A DNA stretch of 64,000 bases. It comes from a virus. Position numbers and translations under genes: made by a program. Positions within the stretch are counted from its first letter, which is position 1; every line of letters starts with the position of its first letter. Of this stretch, positions 53,513-63,197 are shown one piece after another. The notes below the pieces were generated by a model. The model had not been told where the DNA came from. It saw nothing but the letters and a program-made list of their open reading frames with translations, and did not search any database. The stretch is from IMG/VR virus record IMGVR_UViG_3300027826_000006; one strand, given 5' to 3'.

Positions 53513-54325
53513 ATGCCGCAGATTCAAATCGAGGGCGGGCAGTTTCAGAATGCACTGGGGCAACCGGTGTCGAATGGCACTTTGGTGCTCCAACTCAATG
53601 AGGACTGCCAAGTCCCTAGCGCCAATAACCAGATCGTATCGGCTGCGCCGTTAACCATTCCACTGGACGTAAATGGCAACGTAGCCGCCGCTTCCAACGT
53701 GCAAATCTGGCCGAACGCACTCATGTTGCCGTCGAATAGCTACTATCAGGCGACGGTGATCGACAACACCGGCACTCAGGTATTTGCCAAGATTCAGAAC
53801 TGGTATTTCACCAATACCAGTCCAACCAATCTGGGCACCATCACACAGATCAATCCGGGGGGATTAGGCGTGCCAGACGTAGTGCTCACAAATCCAAGTA
53901 CCACACAAACCATCAATGGGGCCGATCTACAACTGGACAACGGTACCTTTGATGCGTTTCGTATTGCGGCCAATCAGGGAACGGCGTTGCCGGGAGCATC
54001 GCTAATTTTAAGCGGCAGTTGGGGTAGTGGAGCCGCAGTTACCGGGGGAACCATCATCCGCGATGGGGGTGGCCGACTTCAGGTTACCTCTGGCACCGGC
54101 GCAGGCACCAATCCTACGGTCACCATCGTTTTCGGTACTCCATGGCTGGTAGGCGTAAGCAATGAACCGCCGCTGGCGTTAATGACAAGGGTTGATACGG
54201 CAGGCCCAAGCAGCGCTTACTGGATTCAGTCGGCATCGAACGCCACACAGACTGTGCTTACATTTGTGGGTTCTCCGGCTGATACCACGAACTACTCCGT
54301 CAACATCTTATTTGTGGGAATGTAA
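53513..54325 (+). CDS. tail fibre-like / virion structural protein
   Basis: G/T/N/S-rich beta-type composition. First of three coupled genes. Confidence 0.45.
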   Translation: MPQIQIEGGQFQNALGQPVSNGTLVLQLNEDCQVPSANNQIVSAAPLTIPLDVNGNVAAASNVQIWPNALMLPSNSYYQATVIDNTGTQVFAKIQNWYFTNTSPTNLGTITQINPGGLGVPDVVLTNPSTTQTINGADLQLDNGTFDAFRIAANQGTALPGASLILSGSWGSGAAVTGGTIIRDGGGRLQVTSGTGAGTNPTVTIVFGTPWLVGVSNEPPLALMTRVDTAGPSSAYWIQSASNATQTVLTFVGSPADTTNYSVNILFVGM

Positions 54326-54328
54326 TCA

Positions 54329-54886
54329 ATGAATGCCGACACAGTACCGGGTGGACTAAAAAATCTCAGCATAACCAATGCTGCTACCGAAACGGCCCTC
54401 GCCACCAGCAATGGCGGCACCAATCGTGCTGCCGTGGTGGGTGCGGGCACGCTAGGCTCCTTCACTATTCCGTCTACCTTGGTGGACGGTCACCATTTTA
54501 TTGTGCGCACGGAAGGTCTGATTACCGGCAACACAACCACGAATCACACTATGCGCTTGTATTGGAACTCTGGGAACAATCCAACCAGCACCAGCGTGTT
54601 TACCGGCGACAAGATTCTATTCAACAGTGGGAACATTGCGGTTAGCCAGAACACGATTAACTTCTACGTGTTCGCCGATCTGATCTGGGATTCAGTCAGT
54701 TCCAACATGAATGGTTCCACGTGGGCGCAGTTCGGCTCTAGTTTTGTACCACAGGCGGCTGCATTGAATATCCCCGTGGCCGTCCCGGCGTTGAGCAACC
54801 TGCAATTCACGGTCAGTTCGCTTTTCTCGGTCTCAAATAGCGGCAATCAGTTTGTGGTTCGCGAAATGTCGGTGGACTTACTCTAA
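54329..54886 (+). CDS. virion structural protein
   Basis: Compositionally similar. Coupled. Confidence 0.4.
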   Translation: MNADTVPGGLKNLSITNAATETALATSNGGTNRAAVVGAGTLGSFTIPSTLVDGHHFIVRTEGLITGNTTTNHTMRLYWNSGNNPTSTSVFTGDKILFNSGNIAVSQNTINFYVFADLIWDSVSSNMNGSTWAQFGSSFVPQAAALNIPVAVPALSNLQFTVSSLFSVSNSGNQFVVREMSVDLL

Positions 54887-55897
54887 ATGCCTAGCACGAT
54901 TACACTACTCTCGGTGATTCAGTGGGCGCAGATTCATATCCGCAATGCCCCACTGGTAGGTGCTGGTGGCATCGCCAACGAGCCGGGTCTGTCGATCTGC
55001 AATAACGTTCTGCAAACCCTACTATCGTCGCCCAACAACTGGCGCTTTAACAAGTATTCCGTGCCCTTCTTCACCACCATCCCCTACCAGCAAGACTATG
55101 TGTGCTCCGGGGCTACGCTCCAAGTGGCGGGCAAGGGATGCGTGTTTTTGAACTCTGTAGGCTCCTCAACTCCCGGCCTAACTCAATCTGGTACGACAGT
55201 AACCGCTACATTCTCCGACTTCGCTCCTAATGGCATTCAGGGCGCGTCCCCAACCGGCACTCCTGCGTTGTTTGCCGCTGGGGATGCCGCAGTCATCACC
55301 GGCGCTGCGCAGGGAGCCTATAACGGCACATTTACGCTTACCGGTGCCCCGAACACTACCAGCGTGACCTATACGACCACTGGCGGGCTATCGAATGATG
55401 GTGGGCAGGGGCTTGCGAACATCGGCTGGATGGAGCGTGCCACATTACAGGACTTCCTCTCCACCGCGACCGTGAAGCCGGTACATGATATCGAAGTGGT
55501 TTCCGGCCTAACTATGGAGTCAATCATTCAGCCGCCGATCAAGGTGTGCTTCTTGGTAGAAGACATCAATACCTCAGTGACCCCACCATTGACCAATGTG
55601 ACATTCCGCTTCTGGCCTATACCGTCATCACAGATTTGGGGTGCATATCTTTACTATCAAGGCAAGTCGCCAATCAAGACGGCACTGACAAATAACTGGA
55701 GTCCATGGCCGGATGAACTAGGGTACGTGCTGCGCAGCGGCGTAAAGGCAGCGGCATATGATTACTTTGAAGACCCGCGCATGCCCATGGCCGAACAGAA
55801 ATGGCAAATTGACATCCAGAAAGCGTTAGATATAAAACAGCAAGAGCTGAGGGCTGAGGCGTACTTTCCAGACTTGCCGATTCAGCGTGGGGGATAA
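54887..55897 (+). CDS. virion structural / tail protein
   Basis: Coupled ATG at the preceding gene's stop. Confidence 0.4.
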   Translation: MPSTITLLSVIQWAQIHIRNAPLVGAGGIANEPGLSICNNVLQTLLSSPNNWRFNKYSVPFFTTIPYQQDYVCSGATLQVAGKGCVFLNSVGSSTPGLTQSGTTVTATFSDFAPNGIQGASPTGTPALFAAGDAAVITGAAQGAYNGTFTLTGAPNTTSVTYTTTGGLSNDGGQGLANIGWMERATLQDFLSTATVKPVHDIEVVSGLTMESIIQPPIKVCFLVEDINTSVTPPLTNVTFRFWPIPSSQIWGAYLYYQGKSPIKTALTNNWSPWPDELGYVLRSGVKAAAYDYFEDPRMPMAEQKWQIDIQKALDIKQQELRAEAYFPDLPIQRGG

Positions 55898-55939
55898 GTA
55901 GTTGGTATTACAGTAGTTAACATCTACTAACATTTTATC

Positions 55940-56557
55940 TTGTTGTTGTATTACACTTTGGATATGCGCAAACCAAAGCCAAAGCATATTCAAATTCCAC
56001 TAGAATTAGAAACAGCCCTCGACAAAGAACGCGCAGCCAATCAGCGCTGGCGCGATTCCCATAAAGAACACATCGCCGAATATAATCGGCAGTACCACGC
56101 AGCCCACAAAGCCAAGCGCTCTGCGGACAACAAGCGATGGAGAGAAGAAAATAAATGGAGACGTAGGCGCTATCAACGCGAATGGAATCTTGCCAATGCT
56201 GCCCATCGGCAAGAATTGAATGCGCGGTGGGGCGAGAGGCATCCGCGTTATCGTCCAGATTACAAACTGAAGTACAACTACGGCATCACGCTCGAACAGT
56301 ATGAAAAAATGTTTCAGGCGCAGGATGGGAAGTGCGCCATTTGTCCGAACCGGGCACCGGAGAGTGGGCGCGTGCGCCGCCTGCATGTTGACCACGATCA
56401 CAAATGCTGTCCGGGTAACCGCGCTTGCGGCAAGTGCGTGCGCGGCCTATTGTGTTCGCGTTGCAACTTGGTCATCGGAAGCGTGGAGGAAAATATGGAG
56501 CTATTGATCCAGATGATCGAATACATCCGTGCACATACTTCCCCAACTCCCCAATAA
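55940..56557 (+). CDS. endonuclease VII-family protein (second paralog)
   Basis: YGITLEQYEKMFQAQDGKCAICPN...HVDHDHKCCPGNRACGKCVRGLLCSRCN. Arg/Lys-rich N-terminus like 49443..49928. Confidence 0.7.
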   Translation: MLLYYTLDMRKPKPKHIQIPLELETALDKERAANQRWRDSHKEHIAEYNRQYHAAHKAKRSADNKRWREENKWRRRRYQREWNLANAAHRQELNARWGERHPRYRPDYKLKYNYGITLEQYEKMFQAQDGKCAICPNRAPESGRVRRLHVDHDHKCCPGNRACGKCVRGLLCSRCNLVIGSVEENMELLIQMIEYIRAHTSPTPQ

Positions 56558-56565
56558 TGTAGTTC

Positions 56566-58989
56566 GTGCCTTATTTAAGCGAATTTCCGAATCTGGCGAT
56601 TGGTCGCTGGTACACGGGCTGGGTGACCCTTCGTAATCAATTAGTTACCCCGATTCGCTTGGTGGGCCGCCGCATCATCGAACTTTACGATGCGCTCCTA
56701 GCGGGCAACGATCTGGAAATCACTCCGCGCCTGACGCTGATGCGCCGCCCCGGCTACCTCTCTTACTTTAATAGCCAACTCAATGGAGCAATGCTTAGTG
56801 TCTATAGCTGGCGCACGGCGAGTCAGGGCGTGTACCAGATTTTCGATACTACGGTTGACGTTGAATATGTCGCTCCCGGCGTTTCGGCACCGGTGGTAAT
56901 TTTCACCAAGCCAAAAACGGCGCTATACCAGCGCGCATTCTTCTTTGGCGTAGGCAATTATCTATTTGGGAGCGGACAGGGATTCTCCTTTAAGTGGGAC
57001 GGCGGAAGTCCGCAAGGGGTAACCAACTGGGGGATTGCGAACACATCCGGCAGTTCCAGTGGTTCGGCGGGCGCGGGAGCCAATGGCCATGCAAGCGCAT
57101 TGGCGTCATGGTCAAATCCCAACAATGTTACGTCAACTACCCAATATGCCAGCGTGGCGCTTACCTCCTATCCCACCATACATTGTCAATCGAATACGCT
57201 GCTGGCTACTCAATTTGGCCTCGCTGCCTCTGGTCACATCACTGGTGTACAGATCAGCTTTACAGCGTACTGCACGGGTGGCGGCAATACCCAACTCGAT
57301 GTAAGTCCGGCACTTTCCGGCTATGGCTTTGGCAACGAGAAGCAACTATTTCTTGGGGTCACCCCGCTTACTTATGTGCTTGGCGGTTCTTCTGACCTAT
57401 GGGGTTTTAACAACTGGAGTAATACGTTAGTAAACGGTTCCACCTTTGGAGCGGCGATATCGGCATTCAACGGAGACAGCAACACCGGCAAGACTGTATT
57501 TGTCGATAATGTACAGATCACGGTCTTCACTGGCAATGTTCCCACGGTAAGTCCAACCGGCAGTGGTTCGCTCACCACGGTCAATGGGTGGTCATATGTG
57601 CAGGCATTCGGCAACTCTTCTAGCGGCGAAGTATCAAATGCCAGCTTGTCATCAGCGAACACCGGGCCATTTACCAATCAGGCAGGCGTCACGGTCAACC
57701 TTACTGCATCAACTGACCCTCAAGTGAACCAAATCCACGTGTATCGCACCACGGATTCGGGTGGCGGAGCTATCTTTTACGAGCTACCTACATCCCCTTA
57801 TCCAAATACTACTGGGCCAATCACTGATACCTCCCCAGATACAGCGCTGAATGTCAGGAGCATCGCGGCCACAGATTTACAAAACACCCCACCGCCAAGC
57901 AACCTAGTCGCCATGGAATGGTTCGCCGGTCGCATGTGGGGCGCGGTTGGCAACCTGCTATATGCTTCTACCGGCCCGGATTCACTCAGCGGCTTACAAC
58001 CATCCAACTGGAACCCAGCCTATGTGTGGGTGCTGCCTACTGCTATCCAGAAGTTAGTAGCCACCCCGAATGGAATGCTGGTCATGTGTCTAGATGACTG
58101 CTACGTCGTGCGCGGTACGGCCACAATCAACTTCACGGTTAACGAATTCCTGCGCGATATGGGTACCCGCAGCTACAATGCGGTGGATACTGACGGGTCA
58201 AATATCTATGTCTTCACGTCAGACCGCCAGTTCCTTCAGGTAGCCGCGAACGGAATCAATGATATCGGTCAGAACATCGGTGACCAACTTCTCAATGTAG
58301 ACCCCACGCAGTGTTATGTAAGCGTGTACCGCTATGGTCTGGATTCGATGCTGTTCTTATTGGATACCGTGAATGGGGTTCTGTATCCCTATAACCTAAA
58401 CCAACAATGCTGGAGTCTACCGGCGCTGCTAAAGTTGGGTGCCAAGCCCACCGCCGCAGGTACCATGGAAGTCTCGCCCGGAGTATGGAAGTATCTGGTA
58501 GGCGCAGGCACACAAGTCGGCCAGCGCGACCTGAATACGTTCTCTGATCTGGGCTATGACTATTACCCACAAGCGGTGATTGGCACCATTCAGGTGGCGG
58601 ATGCTTTGTCGCTGGCCAAGGTAGAGAACATCAACCTGCAACTTACGAATGTAGGATCACTACCATCGCTTTCCATTCTGGCCAATGATACCGGCGTAGT
58701 ATTGAGCAACCCAGTGACGAGCCAGATCACGCTGTCAGATTTTAGCCAGATCACGGGGCCGGGAATTCCGCTGGTTGAGCCTCCAACTTACGCCGAAACC
58801 CCGGTGAATTTCATCAACGTTCGCTATCCATGGGGAGTGACGAAAGTGCCCCAACAGTTGCAATATCTACAATTGCTTTTGCAGTGGAATGTGCAAGAGG
58901 CCGTACAGAATGAACTGCTCGCGCTAGGCATCAGCGGCAAACAGGAAGGCGGCCCACAAACACAACTACCGCAGCTTGAGGGAATTTAA
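56566..58989 (+). CDS. large tail protein (807 aa; tail tubular/fibre candidate)
   Basis: Size and position in the late module. S/T/G/N-rich. Confidence 0.45.
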   Translation: MPYLSEFPNLAIGRWYTGWVTLRNQLVTPIRLVGRRIIELYDALLAGNDLEITPRLTLMRRPGYLSYFNSQLNGAMLSVYSWRTASQGVYQIFDTTVDVEYVAPGVSAPVVIFTKPKTALYQRAFFFGVGNYLFGSGQGFSFKWDGGSPQGVTNWGIANTSGSSSGSAGAGANGHASALASWSNPNNVTSTTQYASVALTSYPTIHCQSNTLLATQFGLAASGHITGVQISFTAYCTGGGNTQLDVSPALSGYGFGNEKQLFLGVTPLTYVLGGSSDLWGFNNWSNTLVNGSTFGAAISAFNGDSNTGKTVFVDNVQITVFTGNVPTVSPTGSGSLTTVNGWSYVQAFGNSSSGEVSNASLSSANTGPFTNQAGVTVNLTASTDPQVNQIHVYRTTDSGGGAIFYELPTSPYPNTTGPITDTSPDTALNVRSIAATDLQNTPPPSNLVAMEWFAGRMWGAVGNLLYASTGPDSLSGLQPSNWNPAYVWVLPTAIQKLVATPNGMLVMCLDDCYVVRGTATINFTVNEFLRDMGTRSYNAVDTDGSNIYVFTSDRQFLQVAANGINDIGQNIGDQLLNVDPTQCYVSVYRYGLDSMLFLLDTVNGVLYPYNLNQQCWSLPALLKLGAKPTAAGTMEVSPGVWKYLVGAGTQVGQRDLNTFSDLGYDYYPQAVIGTIQVADALSLAKVENINLQLTNVGSLPSLSILANDTGVVLSNPVTSQITLSDFSQITGPGIPLVEPPTYAETPVNFINVRYPWGVTKVPQQLQYLQLLLQWNVQEAVQNELLALGISGKQEGGPQTQLPQLEGI

Positions 58990-59633
58990 TGCCGAAGCCA
59001 CCACAGACAATTATCATTCAGCCTCCGCAGCGGATAACCAGCCAACAGGCTCCCAATGTGACGCCAGCGCGTAGCTACGCTTCACCGATGGATGTCTATG
59101 AAGACGAAGTTGGGTTCGATTCTCCGTTCTCTTATCTATCCACCGGCACGCGACGCATTATGTGGCAGATACCAGATATCGCGATCACCCACACGCCGCT
59201 TTCGAGTGTGCTTACATCGGCCTCGCAGTCGGCAGATTTTACGCAGGCGCAAATTATAGGCGGCGGCATTCCTGCCACCACAAATGCGCCTGCATCCGGT
59301 TGGTCAGTAGTACCCAACATGGAAGCGACAATTATTGTGAACGGGCCAGCGCAGATCACTGCTAGTCTGATCGTCCAATCAAACGTTGCGAATGATACCA
59401 TCTCGTTTGCCGTGTATCGCGCCGGTAAGCAGATTACTCCGGCATATCAGCAGACCACCTCAAATGCGAATACTCCTACATTCGTGCAAATCTCTACCGT
59501 CGATAACACATTGCTGGTACATAGCCCACTGAATCGCGAGGTGTATCAGTTGTATTGGAAGGCTGGAAGCGGCGCATTGACGACCACAAATAACCAGCGT
59601 ACATTCTATGTAACCAATCTAGTCCCGGCATGA
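58989..59633 (+). CDS. virion structural protein
   Basis: ORF, coupled. Confidence 0.4.
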   Translation: MPKPPQTIIIQPPQRITSQQAPNVTPARSYASPMDVYEDEVGFDSPFSYLSTGTRRIMWQIPDIAITHTPLSSVLTSASQSADFTQAQIIGGGIPATTNAPASGWSVVPNMEATIIVNGPAQITASLIVQSNVANDTISFAVYRAGKQITPAYQQTTSNANTPTFVQISTVDNTLLVHSPLNREVYQLYWKAGSGALTTTNNQRTFYVTNLVPA

Positions 59634-60076
59634 TATGGAAACGGCAAATCACCGAAGCGGATCATGAACATCTGGCAAAAGAAATTGCCCACGATCCCGC
59701 GCATCGCGATTGGATGACAACTGCCTTTTTCCACGAACCACACACTGCGAACAACGTATTCGGCGACGATCAGGGGCCGGTGCTTTACCTGCGCGCCATG
59801 AGCGTCATGCGCCTGCACATTCAGTTCTGCGACGTGGATAAAGAGCGCATCCGGCGCGTTCTCAATACGCAGTTCCCGCTACTAAAGCTGCGCTGCAAGA
59901 AGCTGGGATACCGGCAGATCATCTTCGATTCTGTATCGAAAGGTCTGGTTCTATTCTGCCGACGCTACCTTGGTTTCCGACCTTCCCGAGATGAATATGT
60001 CCTTTGGTTAGACCCCATTCCGACGACTCCCGCCACTTCGGTAAACTCCGATCTGTGCGGATCACCACAAAAATAA
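59630..60076 (+). CDS. hypothetical protein
   Basis: ORF only. Confidence 0.35.
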   Translation: MIWKRQITEADHEHLAKEIAHDPAHRDWMTTAFFHEPHTANNVFGDDQGPVLYLRAMSVMRLHIQFCDVDKERIRRVLNTQFPLLKLRCKKLGYRQIIFDSVSKGLVLFCRRYLGFRPSRDEYVLWLDPIPTTPATSVNSDLCGSPQK

Positions 60077-60942
60077 CGTGGGACATTGAAACGTGGGCCG
60101 TCTTAGAGCATGAATTCTATACTTACCCCGATAATGCTCCTATTGCTCTGGCTTGCGGGCCAAGCCAAGCAGAAACCGACGCGGCGAATCAGGCCGCTAG
60201 TGAAGCGAACACGCTCCAAAATGACTTTCAGCAGCAATTCGGCGAACAGCAGGGCTTCGTCAATCAATTCCTGATTCCTACATTGCAGCAGCAATACCAA
60301 GACCCACAAGGTTTTGGCCCGCAGTTGATCGACTCCTTGGAGGCTAACTTAGTTAACACTTCCGGCGTGCAGGCTTTGAATGCCAAGCAGGCCATCCAAT
60401 CAAGTTTTGGCACCGCCAATATGGCCGGTCTTCCGTCTGGCGTACAGCAGGTTGCACTCGCCCAGAACGCCTCTACGGCGGCGCAAAGCGTAGCGCAGGG
60501 AACCAACCAAATCGGAGTTGCCAGCGGCGAAGCTGCGATGGCCCAAAAGGCGGCGGCGCTATCTGGCTTGCAACAAATTCCGCAGACCATGGGCTTGTCT
60601 CCGCAAACTGGCAATCAAATGCTCAGTGCGAATCAGCAAGCATTTAATCAAGCTAACATCGTCAACCAGCAAAGTAACTGGGGCGGTCAGTTGGGTATGG
60701 GAATATTGGGCGGCTTAGTGAATGCCGGTATGGGCGTTCTAACTGGCGGCCTAAGCACGGCAATGGGCATGGGCGGAATGCTTGGAGGCGGCGGCATGCT
60801 TGGCGGCTTGCTGGGTGGTGCTAATACAGGCGGCGGCATGAGTGATTCGGCAATGGCCGCAATGGATTCTGGAAGTGATGTTGTGCCAATTGGCGGCGGC
60901 GGATTAAGCAGCGGTAACACATCTGTTTTGGGGCCGCTCTAA
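60004..60942 (+). CDS. internal virion protein-like (Q/A-rich, C-terminal Gly-zipper GMGILGGLVNAGMGVLTGGL)
   Basis: Composition. Gly-zipper membrane-active motif. Confidence 0.4.
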   Translation: MVRPHSDDSRHFGKLRSVRITTKITWDIETWAVLEHEFYTYPDNAPIALACGPSQAETDAANQAASEANTLQNDFQQQFGEQQGFVNQFLIPTLQQQYQDPQGFGPQLIDSLEANLVNTSGVQALNAKQAIQSSFGTANMAGLPSGVQQVALAQNASTAAQSVAQGTNQIGVASGEAAMAQKAAALSGLQQIPQTMGLSPQTGNQMLSANQQAFNQANIVNQQSNWGGQLGMGILGGLVNAGMGVLTGGLSTAMGMGGMLGGGGMLGGLLGGANTGGGMSDSAMAAMDSGSDVVPIGGGGLSSGNTSVLGPL

Positions 60943-60943
60943 A

Positions 60944-61351
60944 ATGGAACTAACTCGCTCACATATCGCGCCAAAGGTTAGCCGCATTGAGGCATTAGCC
61001 GATGCCCTGCATTTTTATAACGGGGCCAACCGTCCAATTGACCCAGCTTACTTCGCCAGAAATCCACTACGGCTTCAGGTATTCACCGGCAATGGTCAAG
61101 CAACGGGCAAGCTGCGTCATTTCTCTTCGCACCACAGTGGATTTCAGGCGGCGCTATTCGATCTGCGCATCAAGTGCTCTGGCAAATCGCGGGCCAAGTT
61201 GGACAATGGAAACTTCACGCTGACTGGGTTAGTTGAATCGTACAACCTGAATGCGATCACAGCCAAACCGGTAGCCCGATTTCTGCGCCAAGCGTTGGGT
61301 GATGATTCAATTACTGAAAACACGCCACTCGACTATTTTTTGAAGGACTAA
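60944..61351 (+). CDS. hypothetical virion protein
   Basis: ORF, coupled. Confidence 0.35.
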   Translation: MELTRSHIAPKVSRIEALADALHFYNGANRPIDPAYFARNPLRLQVFTGNGQATGKLRHFSSHHSGFQAALFDLRIKCSGKSRAKLDNGNFTLTGLVESYNLNAITAKPVARFLRQALGDDSITENTPLDYFLKD

Positions 61352-61352
61352 T

Positions 61353-63197
61353 ATGCCCGACCCAACTCCACAGCAACAGCCAGACCCAACCGCTGGCGTA
61401 CCGAGTCCTCAGCAATTACTGGGAGGCGGCCAACCCTCGCTTGGCGGCCCACAGGGCGGCGGATTCTTCCGCTCATTGGTGGGCACACTCATCTCCGGCA
61501 TGGCCACACAGGGCTTGCAGGGTATGCGTGCGGCTGCCATGCAGGCAAATGGTACCCCAATGCAGCGCGCGTTCGGCGCAGGTATGGGAGCGCAGCAACA
61601 GCAACAGACTCAGCAGGATGAGAACACAGAACGCCAGATACGGATTGCGCTGGGCAAAGTCAATTACCTGCAAACCTACCATGCTCTATTAAATGCGGAT
61701 CGGCCAGTTCAAGAGCATGGCTACGAAGCCCTGCGTGATGCCGCTGGCCAGTATGACGATCAGGGAAAAATGGAGTGGATGGGCGGCTTCTCTGAAAAGC
61801 GCCAAGACTTGGTAGAGCAGTACCAGAAGATTGCCCGCGAACATCCAGACTGGAATGTGCAAATCTTCCCGACCAAGGGTTCTACGCTTGAGAATCCTCG
61901 CTGGGCAATTGGCCGCGTACTACAAGGGCCGCTTTCCGCGCCGATTGTGGTTACCCTTCCGGGCAGGCCAGACAAGGGACTGCCGCCGATGCAATCGAAG
62001 GTATCAGTTGGCACGGATGCCAGCGATGGTATGAACAAGATGATCTACGACTTTAGGAACGGCTTGATTCATACCATGAAGGCAAGCACAGCCAAGCCAT
62101 TCACGGACGCGCCAGATCAGATCACGGCCGATCAATTGCGTACTGCGATGCGAGCACAGGGTATGCAGCCAATTGCAAATCTAGACTCGTTGCTTGCCTA
62201 TGCGAACAATGAAGCCGATGCCAGTGCGTTGCCAGCGAAGTCTTCCACGTCGGCATCCGGGGTAGAGATGGGCCGCGATATGGCTGATGAATTCATCCGG
62301 CAGAATAATATCAACCCCAACTTTGACCCCAAGAAGGGTGCAGAAGAACTAGATGTGCGTCACACGGTTGAAGCATTCATGAAGCCGGGTGGCATAGACA
62401 GCTATCTCAAGGCAGAAGACGCCGCGAGCTACGCACAAGACGTTCTAGCCAATCCGAAGTCGCACTCGCCCGCTGTAGTGCAGTTGGCTACTCAGTTATT
62501 ACCGCACGCCATTGCGCGTATGAAGGAATTGCCAACTCCAAAGCAAGAACTGGACGCGAAGAGTGGTGAGAAGGCCGAACAAAATTTAGATCGCGAGAAA
62601 GATAAAGCTGTCGAAGCATTCAAAACGATGCTGGTGACCGATCAGGGCAAATTCGATGACTTGACTGAAGCCATGGACATGCTCAACAAGGGCGGCGCTG
62701 AGGACGAAGCGGTTGCTGCGATTAAGTCTTTGCGTGGCTTGGTGGGTGGCGGAGGTGTGCGTATTACCGGAGCGGAATTAAATCAGATTGCCCAAGCGCG
62801 TGGCTGGGCGCAAGGGTTCGATGTCTGGTTGAGCCGCGCGTCCACCGACCCTAATCAAGTCCACCTACTGAGTGATGCGCAGCGTGCGCAATTGTCAGAC
62901 ATTTTGCGCGCTGCATATAACAAACTGCGCGAGCATGATATGGCTACGCGACAGACTCAGGAAGACATTTTTAACGCGAAGTCGATCCAAGAAATTCGGC
63001 AGGCACAGATTGGCTGGGAGCGCAGCACGGCCCCGCCGCCAGTTGCAAACCCTCGCCCCCCGAACGCGAAAAGCATTGGTACCGGCAAGACCGATAAACA
63101 GGATTACTATCTGGACGCGCAGGGTAAGCCGATAGGCCCGGTCTATACAAAAGTTCCACGCATTAAGTCACAATCAGATCAGCAAGCGGTTCAATAA
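61353..63197 (+). CDS. large internal virion protein-like
   Basis: 614 aa. Q/G-rich N-terminus. Confidence 0.4.
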   Translation: MPDPTPQQQPDPTAGVPSPQQLLGGGQPSLGGPQGGGFFRSLVGTLISGMATQGLQGMRAAAMQANGTPMQRAFGAGMGAQQQQQTQQDENTERQIRIALGKVNYLQTYHALLNADRPVQEHGYEALRDAAGQYDDQGKMEWMGGFSEKRQDLVEQYQKIAREHPDWNVQIFPTKGSTLENPRWAIGRVLQGPLSAPIVVTLPGRPDKGLPPMQSKVSVGTDASDGMNKMIYDFRNGLIHTMKASTAKPFTDAPDQITADQLRTAMRAQGMQPIANLDSLLAYANNEADASALPAKSSTSASGVEMGRDMADEFIRQNNINPNFDPKKGAEELDVRHTVEAFMKPGGIDSYLKAEDAASYAQDVLANPKSHSPAVVQLATQLLPHAIARMKELPTPKQELDAKSGEKAEQNLDREKDKAVEAFKTMLVTDQGKFDDLTEAMDMLNKGGAEDEAVAAIKSLRGLVGGGGVRITGAELNQIAQARGWAQGFDVWLSRASTDPNQVHLLSDAQRAQLSDILRAAYNKLREHDMATRQTQEDIFNAKSIQEIRQAQIGWERSTAPPPVANPRPPNAKSIGTGKTDKQDYYLDAQGKPIGPVYTKVPRIKSQSDQQAVQ

